Source: an uncultured Oscillospiraceae bacterium (GTDB lineage: Bacteria; Bacillota; Clostridia; Oscillospirales; Oscillospiraceae). Taken from it: a stretch of DNA of 64,000 nucleotides. The notes under the pieces are model-generated. The model worked only from the letters and a program-made list of their open reading frames with translations. It did no database searches and was not told where the DNA came from. Of this stretch, positions 19,331 to 26,556 are shown piece by piece (within the stretch, counting starts at the first letter, position 1; each line of letters begins with the position of its first letter). Location of the stretch: assembly GCA_910588365.1 (NCBI GenBank), contig CAJUQS010000087.1:39-64038 (forward strand), read 5' to 3'. The translations under genes and the position numbers were made by a program.

Positions 19331-19958
19331 CGATATGTTTTATTTCCTCATCGAAATTCTGGTAGAAGGCGGCGATGTGCAGGCCGTCCACCAAAGCGTG
19401 GTTGCACAGGATGGACACCGGCAGCAGGACCCTGCCCCCCTGGGGGAAGTATTTCCCGAAGGTGATCCGGGGATTGCTGTCCGCCGGACTGGGCACCGGC
19501 TGGACCAGGGCCGTATAGCTGAGCCAGGGCAAGGACGAGACAAAAAATTTGTCCAGGACCTCCTCCGGGTCCTCCTTAATGCTGGCCCGGCGTTTGGCCG
19601 CCTCCTGGGCCTCCCTCCCCGCCGCCAGATAGCCGCCAAACTCCGGCTCATTCTCCAGCGTGCAGTAGCAGAAGGTCCCGTCCTCCAGCGCCACCGTATG
19701 GGAGGCCCGGCACTGGTCAAATTCGATGATGCCGCCGTCCACAATCCGCTGGCGCAGCTCCGGCACGGCGTTGGCCGAGCGGACCGCGCACCAGCATACG
19801 GCGAGGAAAAACGGCAGCCTCTCCGCCTTAACCCTGCCCAGCAGCTCCGTGATGTCAACATTGGCCGTAGTCCCCACATAGGGGTAGGCCATGGAGCTGA
19901 AATAGGCGAAGTGGTCCCGCCTCTTGTAGGATTCCATCTCAACGGTCTTGTATCCCAT
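19308..19958 (-). CDS. CatA-like (chloramphenicol acetyltransferase fold) O-acetyltransferase
   Basis: CAT-type catalytic region LCNHALVDGLHIAAFYQ. 216 aa. The last codons lie inside repeat copy B. Confidence 0.8.
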   Translation of the reverse strand: MGYKTVEMESYKRRDHFAYFSSMAYPYVGTTANVDITELLGRVKAERLPFFLAVCWCAVRSANAVPELRQRIVDGGIIEFDQCRASHTVALEDGTFCYCTLENEPEFGGYLAAGREAQEAAKRRASIKEDPEEVLDKFFVSSLPWLSYTALVQPVPSPADSNPRITFGKYFPQGGRVLLPVSILCNHALVDGLHIAAFYQNFDEEIKHIGQNTVLS

Positions 19959-19973
19959 ATTTTCCTCCCAAAA

Positions 19974-20050
19974 GCAAAGCGTAAGCTTTGCGCAAAAGGT
20001 TTTTCTTTTTGATACTTTTTCTTTGTTCACAAAGAAAAAGTATGTATGCC
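19974..20050 (+). repeat. Family-1 bipartite hairpin repeat, copy C
   Basis: Short hairpin GCAAAGCGTAAGCTTTGC (19974-19991), linker, long hairpin (20012-20043), GTATGCC. The flank CTCCCAAAAGCAAA is shared with copy D. Confidence 0.85.
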
Positions 20051-20811
20051 TAGATCTCCGCCGCCAGCTCCAGTGCCAGCTGGGCGATCTTGTCCTTCTC
20101 CGTCAGATCGTGCTCGCTGCCCAGGCCCCGCCGGTCCCAGGCCCCGCCGTCCAGGCTGTCCGCCCCGTGGAAGAACTGGAACACGTCCTTCCCCCGGAAC
20201 CGGGCCAAGGCCGCTACCGCTGCGCACTCCATATCCACACAGATGCACCCCTGATCCCGCCGCCGGGCCGCTTTCTCCGCCGTCTCCCGGTAGAACGCGT
20301 CGGTGGTCCACACCCTGCCCTCCACGCAGGAGCAGCCGTGGCGGGCCAGAATCCGGCCGAACTCCTCCCGGTACTTGGGGTTCACCTCGATCACGTCCCC
20401 CGGCGGCGCGTAGTGGAAGCTGGTCCCCTCGTCCCGCAGGGCGGAGGTGGGGACGATGATGCCGCAGTTGGCGATGTCCTTGTCCAGCACCCCGCAGGAC
20501 CCGAACAGCACCACCTTCTCCACGCCGAAGAAAAACAGGTCTTCCAGCCCCCCCACGCAGAACGGCGCGCCGACGCAGGCCGGAAAGAGGGCGAGCTCCC
20601 GGCCCCGGTACGCCGCCCGGTAGATGGGCATCTCCATCGCGGCGCAGCTGACCTGGCCGATCTCCACCGCGCCCAGCCGCTCCACCATCCGCCGGAAGGT
20701 GTGCCGCTCAAAGCAGGACACCGCCGTCTTTGGGCAGTCCGGTATGGGCTGATAGACGTCCGATGGGTTGATCACAGCCACCGGATTGGGATCAAATTCG
20801 TGAAGCAGCAT
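20050..20811 (-). CDS. Nucleoside phosphorylase (PNP/UDP family)
   Basis: Family-like regions (FGSCGVLD, ALRDEGTSFHY, VDMECAA). ATG MLLHEFD chosen. Confidence 0.75.
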   Translation of the reverse strand: MLLHEFDPNPVAVINPSDVYQPIPDCPKTAVSCFERHTFRRMVERLGAVEIGQVSCAAMEMPIYRAAYRGRELALFPACVGAPFCVGGLEDLFFFGVEKVVLFGSCGVLDKDIANCGIIVPTSALRDEGTSFHYAPPGDVIEVNPKYREEFGRILARHGCSCVEGRVWTTDAFYRETAEKAARRRDQGCICVDMECAAVAALARFRGKDVFQFFHGADSLDGGAWDRRGLGSEHDLTEKDKIAQLALELAAEI

Positions 20812-20840
20812 GGAATATCCCTCCTCTGTTTCGCAGCCAC

Positions 20841-21581
20841 CTAGCAGGTGCATTCATACAAGAGCATTTCAGGCTGATCGAGGGATACCGGCTTCTTGTC
20901 AAAGGAGGCATAGACCTGAACCTCCGTGAATCCGGCCTCTCTCAGCATCAGCTCCATCTCTCCCGGCTTATAGAGATGGGTCTGGAAATCCATTGTCTCC
21001 CGCTGGAGCAGTTCCCCGTCCCGGTACAGCTCGTAAATACCGGGTGAAAACTGGGTACGCGATGCCGCGTCATAGGTGTGCCTTGTCTTTAAAACCAGCG
21101 TCTCCCCCGCCGCCGTCCACACGGAGGCCGTCTCCTCATAGTCCTCGCTGTCCGCACACCGGTCCGCCATGGTTTCAGCCGCAAAGACAAATTTCCCGCC
21201 CTTCTTCAGCATGGCCCGCACCTTTGCCAGAATCCGCCCGCACACCTCCAAATCGGTAAAGAGCGAGATGGATCCAGAGGAGATAAAAATATAGTCAAAG
21301 GGCTCCTCCGGCTCATAGCCGGTCATATCCGAGCGCACCACCGGCGCGCCGGGCCGCTTGCGCCGGAGCTTTTCCAGCATCTCCTCCGACAGGTCCATGC
21401 CCTGGATGTCGTATCCCCTCTCGAGAAACGGAATCAGGAATCTCCCGCTTCCGCAGAGCGGCTCCAGAATCCGCTCGCCAGCTCTGGCGTATGAGAGGTA
21501 GAAATCCAGCTCCTCCTGAGGCGCGTCCTTGTGCAGGATCTCATACAGCTCTGTACACAGACTGCCGTAATAATTTTTCAT
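20841..21581 (-). CDS. Class I SAM-dependent methyltransferase
   Basis: Motif I ILEPLCGSGRF and D-loop GMDLSEEM. ATG MKNYYGS preceded by GGGAGGG. Confidence 0.8.
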   Translation of the reverse strand: MKNYYGSLCTELYEILHKDAPQEELDFYLSYARAGERILEPLCGSGRFLIPFLERGYDIQGMDLSEEMLEKLRRKRPGAPVVRSDMTGYEPEEPFDYIFISSGSISLFTDLEVCGRILAKVRAMLKKGGKFVFAAETMADRCADSEDYEETASVWTAAGETLVLKTRHTYDAASRTQFSPGIYELYRDGELLQRETMDFQTHLYKPGEMELMLREAGFTEVQVYASFDKKPVSLDQPEMLLYECTC

Positions 21582-21596
21582 CCTGCCCTCCCAAAA

Positions 21597-21655
21597 GCAA
21601 AACGAAGTTTTGCGCAAAAGTTCTTTTTGATTCTTTTTCTTTCAAGAAAAAGAAT
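21597..21655 (+). repeat. Family-1 bipartite hairpin repeat, copy D
   Basis: GCAAAACGAAGTTTTGC (21597-21613) + GCAAAAGTTCTTTTTG + ATTCTTTTTCTTTCAAGAAAAAGAAT (21630-21655). The dxs stop codon lies in the hairpin loop. Confidence 0.9.
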
Positions 21656-23471
21656 GGACAACCCCCTCCGCGTCCAGTCCCAGCAGCCGTCTCAGCTGGG
21701 GCACCGTGCCCTGGGGGGCGAAAGCATCCTTCAGATTCTTCAAAACCAGCGTTTCCGGCGCGATTCCCGCCATCGCCAGCTCCGAGGCCAGCCGCTGGCC
21801 CACGGACCCGTTCTCAAAGCAGTCCTCCAGCACCAGCAGCCGCCCGGTCCGCCGCACAGACGCCAGCACGGACGCCGCGTCCAGGGGCGCGATCCGGTGG
21901 AGCTTGACGACCTCCGCCTGCACCCCCCTCTCCGCCAGCAGATCCGCCGCCTTGAGCAGCTCGTCCGTCAGCGTCCCGTAGGACACCAGCGTGGCGTCCG
22001 CCCCCTGCCGCAGCACGGACGCGTCCTCCCCGGTCCAGGCCGGGTACTGCCGTCCCTCGCCGCCCCGGGGATACCGGATCGCCACCGGGCCCTCCATGTC
22101 CAGGGCCGCGCGCAGCATGGCCCGCAGCTCGTCAAAGCAGGCAGGGCACAGCACGCTCAGGCCCGGGATCTGGCTGAGGTACCCCACGTCCTGGCATCCG
22201 TGGTGGGTGGGCCCGTCGGAGCCCACCAGCCCCGCCCGGTCCACCGCCAGCACCACATGGAGACGCTGCAAGGCCACATCGTGTATGAGCATGTCGAACC
22301 CCCGCTGCAGGAAGCTGGAGTACACCGCCAGCACAGGGATCATCCCCTGCCTGGCCATGCCCGCCGCCATGGCCACCGCGTGGCCCTCGGCGATGCCCAC
22401 GTCAAAAAACCGCTTGGGCCAGGCGGAGGAAAACTCCTGGAGCCCCGTGCCCTCGGCCATGGCGGCGGTGACGGCGCAGATGCGCCGGTCCCGGCCCGCC
22501 AGCTCCACCAGCTCGTGGCCGAACACATAGGAAAAATCCACCTTCTGCTCGCAGACAATTCCCACCGCCGGGTCAAAGGGGCTGACACCGTGACTGCGCT
22601 CGGGCTGGCTCTCGGCGGAGGCGTAGCCCTTGCCCTTGGTGGTGCGCACATGGAGCAGTACCGGGCAGTTCAGCTCCCGGGCCCAGGCCAGGGTGGTACA
22701 CAATTGGTCCAGGTTGTGGCCGTCCACCGGCCCCAGGTAGGTGAAGCCCATGTCCTCGAACATGGAGCAGGGGTAGATGGCCCGCTTCACGTTCCGCTTG
22801 ATGCGGTGGTTGAAGTCATAGACCCGCTTCCCGCCGGGCAGGCGGTTCATCACCGCGTGGTATCCCTTCTTGAACCGGTAGTACCCCGGCCTGAGCCGCA
22901 GGCGGCTGAGGTGGGTGGCCACGCCCCCCACGTTGGGGTCGATGGACATGCCGTTGTCGTTGAGGATGACCACCAGGGGCTCTCCCGAGGCCCCCGCGTC
23001 GTTGAGCCCCTCGTAGGCCAGCCCCCCGGTGAGGGCCCCGTCGCCGATGAGGGCCGCCACGGCGTAGTCCGCCCCCGCCAGGGTCCGGGCCCGGGCCATG
23101 CCCAGGGCGACGGACACGGAGTTGGAGGCGTGGCCCGCCACGAAGGCGTCGTGGACGCTCTCCTCCGGCTTCGGAAAGCCGGAGAGCCCTCCCAGCTGAC
23201 GCAGGGAGCCAAAGAGCTCCCTGCGGCCGGTGAGGGCTTTGTGGACGTAGCACTGGTGGCCTACATCGAACACCAGCCGGTCCCGGGCGGTGTCGTAGGT
23301 GCGGTGGAGCGCCACCGTCAGCTCCACCGCACCCAGGTTGGAGGCCAGGTGCCCGCCGGTGCGGGACACGCTCTCCACCAGGAAGCGGCGCAGCTCCCCG
23401 CACAGCAGCTCCAGCTCCCCGCCGTTCAGCCGCTTCACGTCCGCCGGGGATGCGATACGTTCTAAAATCAA
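21642..23471 (-). CDS. dxs: 1-deoxy-D-xylulose-5-phosphate synthase
   Basis: TPP-binding motifs (GDGALTGG, HASNSVS region). 609 aa. TTG start 7 nt after GAGAGGTG. Confidence 0.95.
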   Translation of the reverse strand: MILERIASPADVKRLNGGELELLCGELRRFLVESVSRTGGHLASNLGAVELTVALHRTYDTARDRLVFDVGHQCYVHKALTGRRELFGSLRQLGGLSGFPKPEESVHDAFVAGHASNSVSVALGMARARTLAGADYAVAALIGDGALTGGLAYEGLNDAGASGEPLVVILNDNGMSIDPNVGGVATHLSRLRLRPGYYRFKKGYHAVMNRLPGGKRVYDFNHRIKRNVKRAIYPCSMFEDMGFTYLGPVDGHNLDQLCTTLAWARELNCPVLLHVRTTKGKGYASAESQPERSHGVSPFDPAVGIVCEQKVDFSYVFGHELVELAGRDRRICAVTAAMAEGTGLQEFSSAWPKRFFDVGIAEGHAVAMAAGMARQGMIPVLAVYSSFLQRGFDMLIHDVALQRLHVVLAVDRAGLVGSDGPTHHGCQDVGYLSQIPGLSVLCPACFDELRAMLRAALDMEGPVAIRYPRGGEGRQYPAWTGEDASVLRQGADATLVSYGTLTDELLKAADLLAERGVQAEVVKLHRIAPLDAASVLASVRRTGRLLVLEDCFENGSVGQRLASELAMAGIAPETLVLKNLKDAFAPQGTVPQLRRLLGLDAEGVVHSFS

Positions 23472-23487
23472 TACATTTCACCTCTCA

Positions 23488-23546
23488 GTTCTTTTTCTTA
23501 AAAGAAAAAGAACCAAAAAGAATTCTCGGGCAAAACACTGTTTTGC
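23488..23546 (-). repeat. Family-1 bipartite hairpin repeat, copy E
   Basis: Long hairpin GTTCTTTTTCTTAAAAGAAAAAGAAC (23488-23513) + CAAAAAGAATTCTCGG + short hairpin GCAAAACACTGTTTTGC (23530-23546). Confidence 0.9.
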
Positions 23547-23557
23547 CTGTCCGTCTG

Positions 23558-24157
23558 TCACTTCCGCCGTGAGAACAGGTGGAGGACCCGGCCCACCAGC
23601 TGGAGGACGGCGGTGCTCTTTTCAATGGCGAAGGTTTTGCCCACGGCCTTGCCGCCGATGGTCAGGCCGGAGACCAGGGCCGTGATGGCCAGGGAGATCA
23701 CCACGGAGCGGAGGGAAAACGCCTCCTGGAGCCGGGTGACGATGATGGCGGCGGTGGAGCCGGAGATGATGCCGCAGATGTCGCCCACCACGTCGTTGCA
23801 GAAGCTGGAAACCTTGCTGGCCTTCCGGATGAGGCCCAGGGCCTCCCGGGCGCCGGGGGTCTTATGGGCGGCCATGGAGTGGAAGGGCCGCTCGTCGGCG
23901 GCGGTGACCGACACGCCGATGATATCGAACAGAATGCCCAGGCCGATGAAGCAGGCCAGCACCGCGAAGGCCAGGGGGATGCCCGCCCCGCTCAGCGCCT
24001 GATCCGACGCCAGGCTCAGCACGGCGGAGAGTACCACGGAGATGAAAAATACCTGGATCGCCCAGCGGAATCTTCCTTCCTTTTTCCCCTTGTCGTCCTT
24101 CTTCTTTTTCTCGGGCTTCTTCTTTGTTGTTTGACTGCTGCTGTCTCCTGTGTCCAA
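23558..24157 (-). CDS. Four-TM membrane protein, candidate OLE-associated protein OapA
   Basis: Lys-rich N-terminus, then 4 predicted helices and a DVVGD (DxxxD) motif. Directly upstream of dxs. No internal ATG; TTG at 24157 lies 8 nt after AGGAG. The OapA identity is inferred from position and topology only. Confidence 0.5.
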   Translation of the reverse strand: MDTGDSSSQTTKKKPEKKKKDDKGKKEGRFRWAIQVFFISVVLSAVLSLASDQALSGAGIPLAFAVLACFIGLGILFDIIGVSVTAADERPFHSMAAHKTPGAREALGLIRKASKVSSFCNDVVGDICGIISGSTAAIIVTRLQEAFSLRSVVISLAITALVSGLTIGGKAVGKTFAIEKSTAVLQLVGRVLHLFSRRK

Positions 24158-24239
24158 GAGAGGATCTCCTCGCTTTCCAAAATCTAATTTACTTTTTTCT
24201 TCTGCCGCGCTCCGCGCGGGGGAGGTTGGTTCTAATCGG

Positions 24240-24585
24240 GGCCCCGGGTTTACGCAGCCCGGACCCGCGGTTACTTTTTGTGCAAACAAAAAGTAACCAA
24301 AAAGTTGCCAGAACCCATGGTTCTGGACTCCTTTGCTTTACGGGGGCTGTCGGACACGCTTCGCAGGTGAAGAGCTGCGGTGCCCCGTGAACGGGCCCCG
24401 TCTTTTGGCGCTCCATACCGGGCTCGGGGCGTCCATTACTGCCGCCCGGCTCGACAAGGTGACGCTTGCGTCACCCGAACGGTCGTTGGGCGGTACGCCC
24501 AATGACGTGAGCGCTTGCACCACCCGATCCGTCGTTCGGCTCTGCCGAATGACGCGAGCCGGGCGCTTGCACCACCCATGCTGTC
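24240..24585 (-). repeat. Left arm of a long inverted repeat (family-2 modules)
   Basis: Contains hairpin GGTTACTTTTTGTGCAAACAAAAAGTAACC (24269-24298). 24472-24511 is the exact reverse complement of 25164-25203. Confidence 0.85.
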
Positions 24586-24795
24586 CTAGGGCTCGTCGCT
24601 CCTGCCGATCAGATAGTCCACGGATACCTCAAATACATCCGCCATCTTCCACAGCACCGTCGCGGTTGGTTCCCTCTCCCCAGATTCATACCGCCGGTAG
24701 GTCGTAAGGCCGATCTCGCACAGCTCCGCCATTTTTTCTTGTCTCAGTCCCCTGCTTTTCCGCAAGGTCCTCAGTCTTTCTTTCAATAATAACAT
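24586..24795 (-). CDS. XRE family HTH transcriptional regulator (69 aa)
   Basis: MLLLKERLRTLRKSRGLRQEKMAELCEIGLTTYRRYESGEREPT... Internal ATG chosen. Confidence 0.8.
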   Translation of the reverse strand: MLLLKERLRTLRKSRGLRQEKMAELCEIGLTTYRRYESGEREPTATVLWKMADVFEVSVDYLIGRSDEP

Positions 24796-24811
24796 TTTTC
24801 CCCAATTATAC

Positions 24812-24862
24812 TTGACAACCCCGTTCGGGGCGATTATAATAAAAACAATCCCAAACGGGGTT
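24812..24862 (+). promoter_or_regulatory. Consensus sigma-A promoter with palindromic operator candidates
   Basis: TTGACA (24812-24817), 17-nt spacer, TATAAT (24835-24840). The spacer holds the palindrome CCCCGTTCGGGG, and a related CCCAAACGGGG lies downstream. Confidence 0.65.
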
Positions 24863-24884
24863 AGTTTTTCGGGAGGTCGCACGA

Positions 24885-25142
24885 ATGGATGAACTGATCT
24901 ATGCCATGTTTGAGTATGCGGAGCGGAGCCGGATGCCGCTGTATCTTGCGAAGGGCGGACGGAATAAAAAGAGCGACGCGGCGTTGGAGATAGAGGCGAG
25001 TAATCTGCGTGAAACGCTGTCCGGCGATGGAAAGGAGCAGCTGGATGAGCTGCTGTTGGATCTGTTCCAGGCCCAGGATGCACGGCTTGAGGCCATGTTC
25101 CTGGCCGGCTTTTCGTTAGGCCAGGAATTTTCCCGGCTGTAA
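24885..25142 (+). CDS. Hypothetical small protein, divergent from the XRE gene
   Basis: 85-aa ORF behind the consensus promoter with SD GGGAGG. No family recognised. Confidence 0.55.
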   Translation: MDELIYAMFEYAERSRMPLYLAKGGRNKKSDAALEIEASNLRETLSGDGKEQLDELLLDLFQAQDARLEAMFLAGFSLGQEFSRL

Positions 25143-25159
25143 CGCCTCTTTGCAAACAC

Positions 25160-25468
25160 CTGTCTCACGTCATTGGGCGTACCGCCCAACGACCGTTCGG
25201 GTGGTGCAAGCACCCCACCTTGTCGAGCCGGGCGGCAGCAACGGAAGCTCCGCGCCCGGTATGGAGCAAAAAGAATCTCATTCGGAGGCTGGGCAGCACT
25301 TCATCCGCACAGCAGGCCGGAGATCCCTCGCCGAGGCGGCTCGCCGGACAGCGCCTGCGCTGTCTGGCGGCCCCGAGCGGGGTCCAGGGGCGCCCCCTGG
25401 CGCGCTTTTGGTTACTTTTCCCGCGAAGGAAAAGTAACCGCGGGGCGTGGGGCTGCGTAAGCCCCACC
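25160..25468 (+). repeat. Right arm of the long inverted repeat (family-2 modules)
   Basis: Contains hairpin GGTTACTTTTCCCGCGAAGGAAAAGTAACC (25410-25439) and GGGGCTGCGTAAGCCCC. Mirrors the module order of 24240-24585. Confidence 0.85.
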
Positions 25469-25542
25469 TAATAAAATCCATATAAAATCCATCTGACATA
25501 ACGGAGGCGGCCCGAGGGCCGCCAAAAAGTTGAAAAAGAAAA

Positions 25543-26195
25543 GACTAAACGCCGGCAGCAGACGAAGTAAATCTTACGGCTTAGGTACGGGCTGGATTTC
25601 CCCGGGACTCACCCCTCGTTGCCGATCGGGCGGTTTCCCTTTCAGCGCCCCGGCGCGGCGTTGCCCACCGCGCTGCCCGACTGCCACTTAGTCCGCACTG
25701 CAATCCCTCGTCTGCCCAGTGACGACAGCCTAGGTGTTTTCCACCACAGTCAAACCGCTTCTTAGCCTCTTTTGCAGACATGGTTTCAAGGAGCAATCAC
25801 AGCCGCCCCCTGGCCAGGGGACAAGCTGAGTGTTCTCCTATTCGCCATGTCCACGCAAGGCAGGCTACATCTGCACACAGCGTTCACGGCTCAAGGCCGG
25901 GTAGCACCGCAATGCAGGTTTCTACCCTGAGTCGTACACGGGTCGAAGTGCCGCAAAGGGAGTACGCCCATGCACAAGAACAGGTCTCCACGGAAGCAGG
26001 GTCGGCCTCCCCATGCCATTGGGGAACGCCCTGAATCCGCAAGCGCGGGGAGTCCGCGCTTCCCTCCCAGCACCCACCCCAAACTGGGCGTAAGAAGCAG
26101 GCACCAGGGGTTTCACAGCTATGCCCTTTAAAGGATTTTTAGGCCCTTCTTCGGAAGCGGCAGATCTGACTAGGATACTGCGCCGTCGTTTAGCG
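25543..26195 (-). ncRNA. Large structured non-coding RNA (~650 nt), candidate OLE-class RNA
   Basis: No credible ORF. Own promoter. The 5' end (26194-26178) pairs with the 3' end (25561-25544). Lies in the OLE/oapA gene neighbourhood. Not aligned to a covariance model. Confidence 0.55.
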
Positions 26196-26200
26196 GATAC

Positions 26201-26229
26201 AGTATACCACGTCTTCTCTGGATATTCAA
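26201..26229 (-). promoter_or_regulatory. Sigma-A promoter of the large RNA
   Basis: Minus strand TTGAAT (26229-26224), 17-nt spacer, extended -10 TGgTATACT (26206-26201). Confidence 0.65.
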
Positions 26230-26484
26230 GGGGATTATGCAAAATTTTTGTATATTAACAGATTATTCACATAGGCCGGGCTCCGCTGGCGGCAAATTTA
26301 TAGCAAGCTTCAGAATTCATGACAAAAAAGCCCTCTGCAAGAGTTTGCCGCCCGCAGGCGGCAAATAAAATCAAATCGTTTTTCCCGCGGCGTGTACGTG
26401 GGAAAAACACTTCGTGGGGAGCGAGCGTCGAATTGTGCGCCAAAGGCGCACAACCGAGGCGCAGAGCGAAACGAATCCCTTCTC

Positions 26485-26550
26485 AAAAAAGTGGCAGCGC
26501 CACTTTTTTGACACGCAGAGGAGGCGGGGGCAAACGCCCCCGCCTCCTCT
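26485..26550 (-). terminator. Tandem hairpins terminating the phosphodiesterase gene (second one bidirectional)
   Basis: 14-bp stem AGAGGAGGCGGGGG / CCCCCGCCTCCTCT (26517-26550), then A6-GTGGCAGCGCCAC-T6 (26485-26510). Confidence 0.65.
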
Positions 26551-26556
26551 GAATCC

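Noticed and set aside
19263-21655. Integron gene-cassette array with attC sites
   Set aside because: No integron integrase or attI is present in the window. The repeats lack the R/L core-site organisation (GTTRRRY) of attC. The same repeats are scattered between housekeeping genes across the whole window.
25506-25523. Hairpin GGCGGCCCGAGGGCCGCC as the intrinsic terminator of the large RNA
   Set aside because: On the minus strand the U-rich tract precedes rather than follows the stem, and on the plus strand it is followed by A residues. It may be a processing or stability element, but it is not a canonical terminator.
25922-26242. 106-aa ORF inside the candidate large RNA
   Set aside because: It has no SD. 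Its Arg/Pro/Gly/Ala-rich composition is typical of random frames in GC-rich DNA. It also overlaps the predicted promoter and the 5' helix of the RNA.
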